Notes under the pieces: generated by a model
The model's database searches: none
The model's input: the letters and a program-made list of their open reading frames with translations, nothing else
What the model was told of the DNA's origin: nothing
Assembly (NCBI GenBank): GCA_907165135.1
Contig: OU015566.1
Coordinates: 12,028,001-12,092,000, forward strand
Direction: 5' to 3'
Length of the DNA stretch: 64,000 nucleotides
DNA from: Oikopleura dioica
Taxonomy: Eukaryota > Animalia > Chordata
Part shown: positions 61,865 through 64,000 of the stretch, in pieces
Position numbering within the stretch: position 1 is the stretch's first letter
Layout of the letters: each line of letters starts with the position of its first letter
Program-made: the position numbers and the translations under genes

Positions 61865-62981
61865 ATGTTTTCGCTCGACGATGAAAGGTTTCAAGTCTTT
61901 GGAGCATGCTCCCTTTTGCTTCTCGCAAAGATGACCCTTATGTCGCTGATGACAAGTCGACAACGAATTAAAACGGGGAAATTTGCAAACAAAGAGGACT
62001 CTTACTTCGGAGACAAGTCAACACCCGCCAATTTGAAGGTAACTTTATTTAAGCAAGCATATTAGTTAGATCTTTTTTGAATCCAAGTTTGCCAGTCATT
62101 CTGATTAATCTCGGTAGTTCCATACACTGTTGAGTAATTTTATCGTACTCCAGGGGAGTGGGGTCCCGGTCCAATCCTTTCAGATATTCTGAATAAAAAT
62201 TAATTCTTGAAAAAAGAATACTCCTACCTTCTTCGCAGCGAAAATATAAATCGTGTGCAATAGTAACTCTTTCGCTCATAATTCCTGCGTTTGCTAATCC
62301 AGCAATAGATGATAAGATTGTGGAAAATTTCATTTTGCTGAATTTGAGCTCTCAGCATCTTATATACCATCGTTTTATTTGTCTGACAAGTATTTATATT
62401 TTTAAATATGCATTCCGCTCTTACATGCTATAAAAATTGGACAGGTAGCATCTCTTAGACGTTGAAAAAGCAATATTGCTTTTGTAACCCATGTTCAGTA
62501 TCGACTTGCGTTTTGCTAACATGGGATAGTTTCCTACATGCTTTCCAATACCAACCCCAACATTTCCTGACAGTGAAAGCAAGTAGAAAAGCTTTGAGTA
62601 AACTCTAACACATAGCGTTGTTTCAGTCTGACAGCTATTTTGACAGCTAAGCAATCATAAGTCCTCTCAAACTCTTCACGCCATCACTTGAAATTTCAGG
62701 AGTCTCTCAAAGCCAACGATGAAGTCGAGCGAATCCGTCGAGCGCACATGAACGACATGGAGAACATTTACCCCTTCATTCTCATCGGCTTTTTCTACTG
62801 TCTTACAGATCCGAATTCGAACACCGCCAAGTTCCATTTTATAACATTCTTGATCGCGCGAGTACTGCACTCCATTGTCTACATTAACGCTATCAAGCAG
62901 CCTGCGCGGGGTATTTGTTTCTTCGTGGGAATTCTTGTCAATGCGTCCATGATTTTTCAATCGATCGCTCACTACATGTAG
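61865..62981 (+). CDS. MGST1: MAPEG family protein (microsomal glutathione S-transferase 1-like)
   Basis: LAKMTLMSLMTSRQRIKTGKFANKED, VERIRRAHMNDMENIYPF, FLIARVLHSIVY; ~660-nt intron. Confidence 0.82.
62049..62333 (-). CDS. Small secreted orphan protein (~81 aa), nested antisense in the MGST intron
   Basis: Acceptor-like TTCAG then CAAAATG; signal peptide MKFSTILSSIAGLANA; 39-nt GT-AG intron 62189-62227; two Cys. Confidence 0.6.
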   Translation of the reverse strand: MKFSTILSSIAGLANAGIMSERVTIAHDLYFRCEEGRSILFSRINFYSEYLKGLDRDPTPLEYDKITQQCMELPRLIRMTGKLGFKKDLTNMLA

Positions 62982-63708
62982 AGTCTACATTGTAGGCCCC
63001 AACACAGGCATCTTCAATAATTATCTATGATTAACAATCCACCATTATCCATTTAAAGCCTAAGCTTCGTAAATATTTACTCGACTGATAAAGACCGAAT
63101 TCTTCCTTGATTCCTGAAAAGAACGAAGTCAGGCAAAATAAATTCCAATACACGAAACTCTTTTATTATCATTCTATTTGGCAGGTACCGGAAATTGATA
63201 AGCAAAATTGCATTTGCATTGTGGCGATGGACACCCTTGATCGGCACACTATCATTCTGAAAGCTGCTTCGATAAACAGATCCAGGCTTAACATAAGTTA
63301 AACAATAGCGTCTTTTGTGCTAAGCGCTAACCAAATGGCCCAGGTAAAAAGAGGTTCCCTAGGGCACACCCAGGGAAACACACAGTTCTTCTGGGCACAC
63401 ACTGTGCTACTAAACGGTAAGCAATTACTTCAATATTGAAATGCCCAAACACTTGCGCCTCCAGTGTACTTTAACTTAGTAACGCGCTATTTGGACCGAG
63501 ATTATGATCACACAATTAAAAAGTGCTATGAAAACATAGAGAAACATGTATATTACAGAGAGTTTCTAGAACACGAGGAAATGAAGACTGTTTGTAAAAA
63601 GTAGGAATCAGTTTAAAAAGTGTCTTCAAATGGAACGGCTGCCAGGAAAGGGTCCATTTTTCAATAAAAATGGGTCGCTTTGATTTCAAAATATTTTCTT
63701 GCCTATAA

Positions 63709-64000
63709 ATGAGCCCTGATAAAGTTTTCGTGCGCCTTCGGCCAACTGAGGCTGTTCAGGCTGTTAAAAAGGCAAAAAACTGTGTTGTAATCGAAGATGA
63801 ATGCGAGTTCGAGGCAACCGGCGTCCTCGACAATGCTTCCCAAGACGAGACTTTCAAAGCTGTTGGTCGTCCTCTGGTTGAAGCAACTCTTCGAGGAATT
63901 TCTTCAACTCTTCTAGCTTACGGTGGCATCGGATCGGGCAAGACCTATTCCCTCTTTGGCGGAAAAGTCAATCACGAGCGCGGCATCATCCCTCGAGCGC
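63709..64000 (+). CDS. Kinesin motor domain (kinesin-9-like), 3'-partial
   Basis: KVFVRLRP, VLDNASQDETF, LLAYGGIGSGKTYSLFG, RGIIPRA. Confidence 0.88.
   Translation, partial: MSPDKVFVRLRPTEAVQAVKKAKNCVVIEDECEFEATGVLDNASQDETFKAVGRPLVEATLRGISSTLLAYGGIGSGKTYSLFGGKVNHERGIIPRA

Overview
Eukaryotic, extremely compact animal DNA. Most introns are about 35-60 nt, several are GA-AG, many start codons sit directly behind an acceptor-like AG (AG|AATG), and same-strand genes are spaced only tens of bp apart. This matches an appendicularian tunicate such as Oikopleura dioica (inferred, not proven). About 25 host genes were reconstructed by hand-splicing the ORF track: type II DGK, DPM1, an SDR, TENT4/PAPD5, a RING protein, a chromo-barrel protein, NOC4L, CHID1, SerRS, an eEF1B-N-like domain, RCE1, ferroportin, an SLC17 transporter, a ZP-domain protein, DcpS, CKS, a KDM6/UTX-like gene, ALDH7A1, a divergent SOS, FDXR, MTR4, cytochrome c, an MGST and a kinesin. 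Four transposons have recognisable ends and target-site duplications (TSDs): a young full-length Ty3/Gypsy LTR element in NOC4L, a Harbinger-type MITE in a coding exon of the KDM6-like gene, a hAT-type element in a coding exon of MTR4, and a foldback element in a ZP-gene intron. The strongest signal is that both exonic DNA-transposon insertions supply splice sites that would remove them in frame, which looks like transposon-to-intron conversion in progress. Also notable: the KDM6-like JmjC domain has lost its Fe/2-OG ligands, CHID1 has a frameshifting core deletion, two genes are nested antisense in introns, and a SerRS-eEF1B-domain fusion isoform is possible. All exon boundaries and homology calls come from reading and recalled family motifs; no searches were run.
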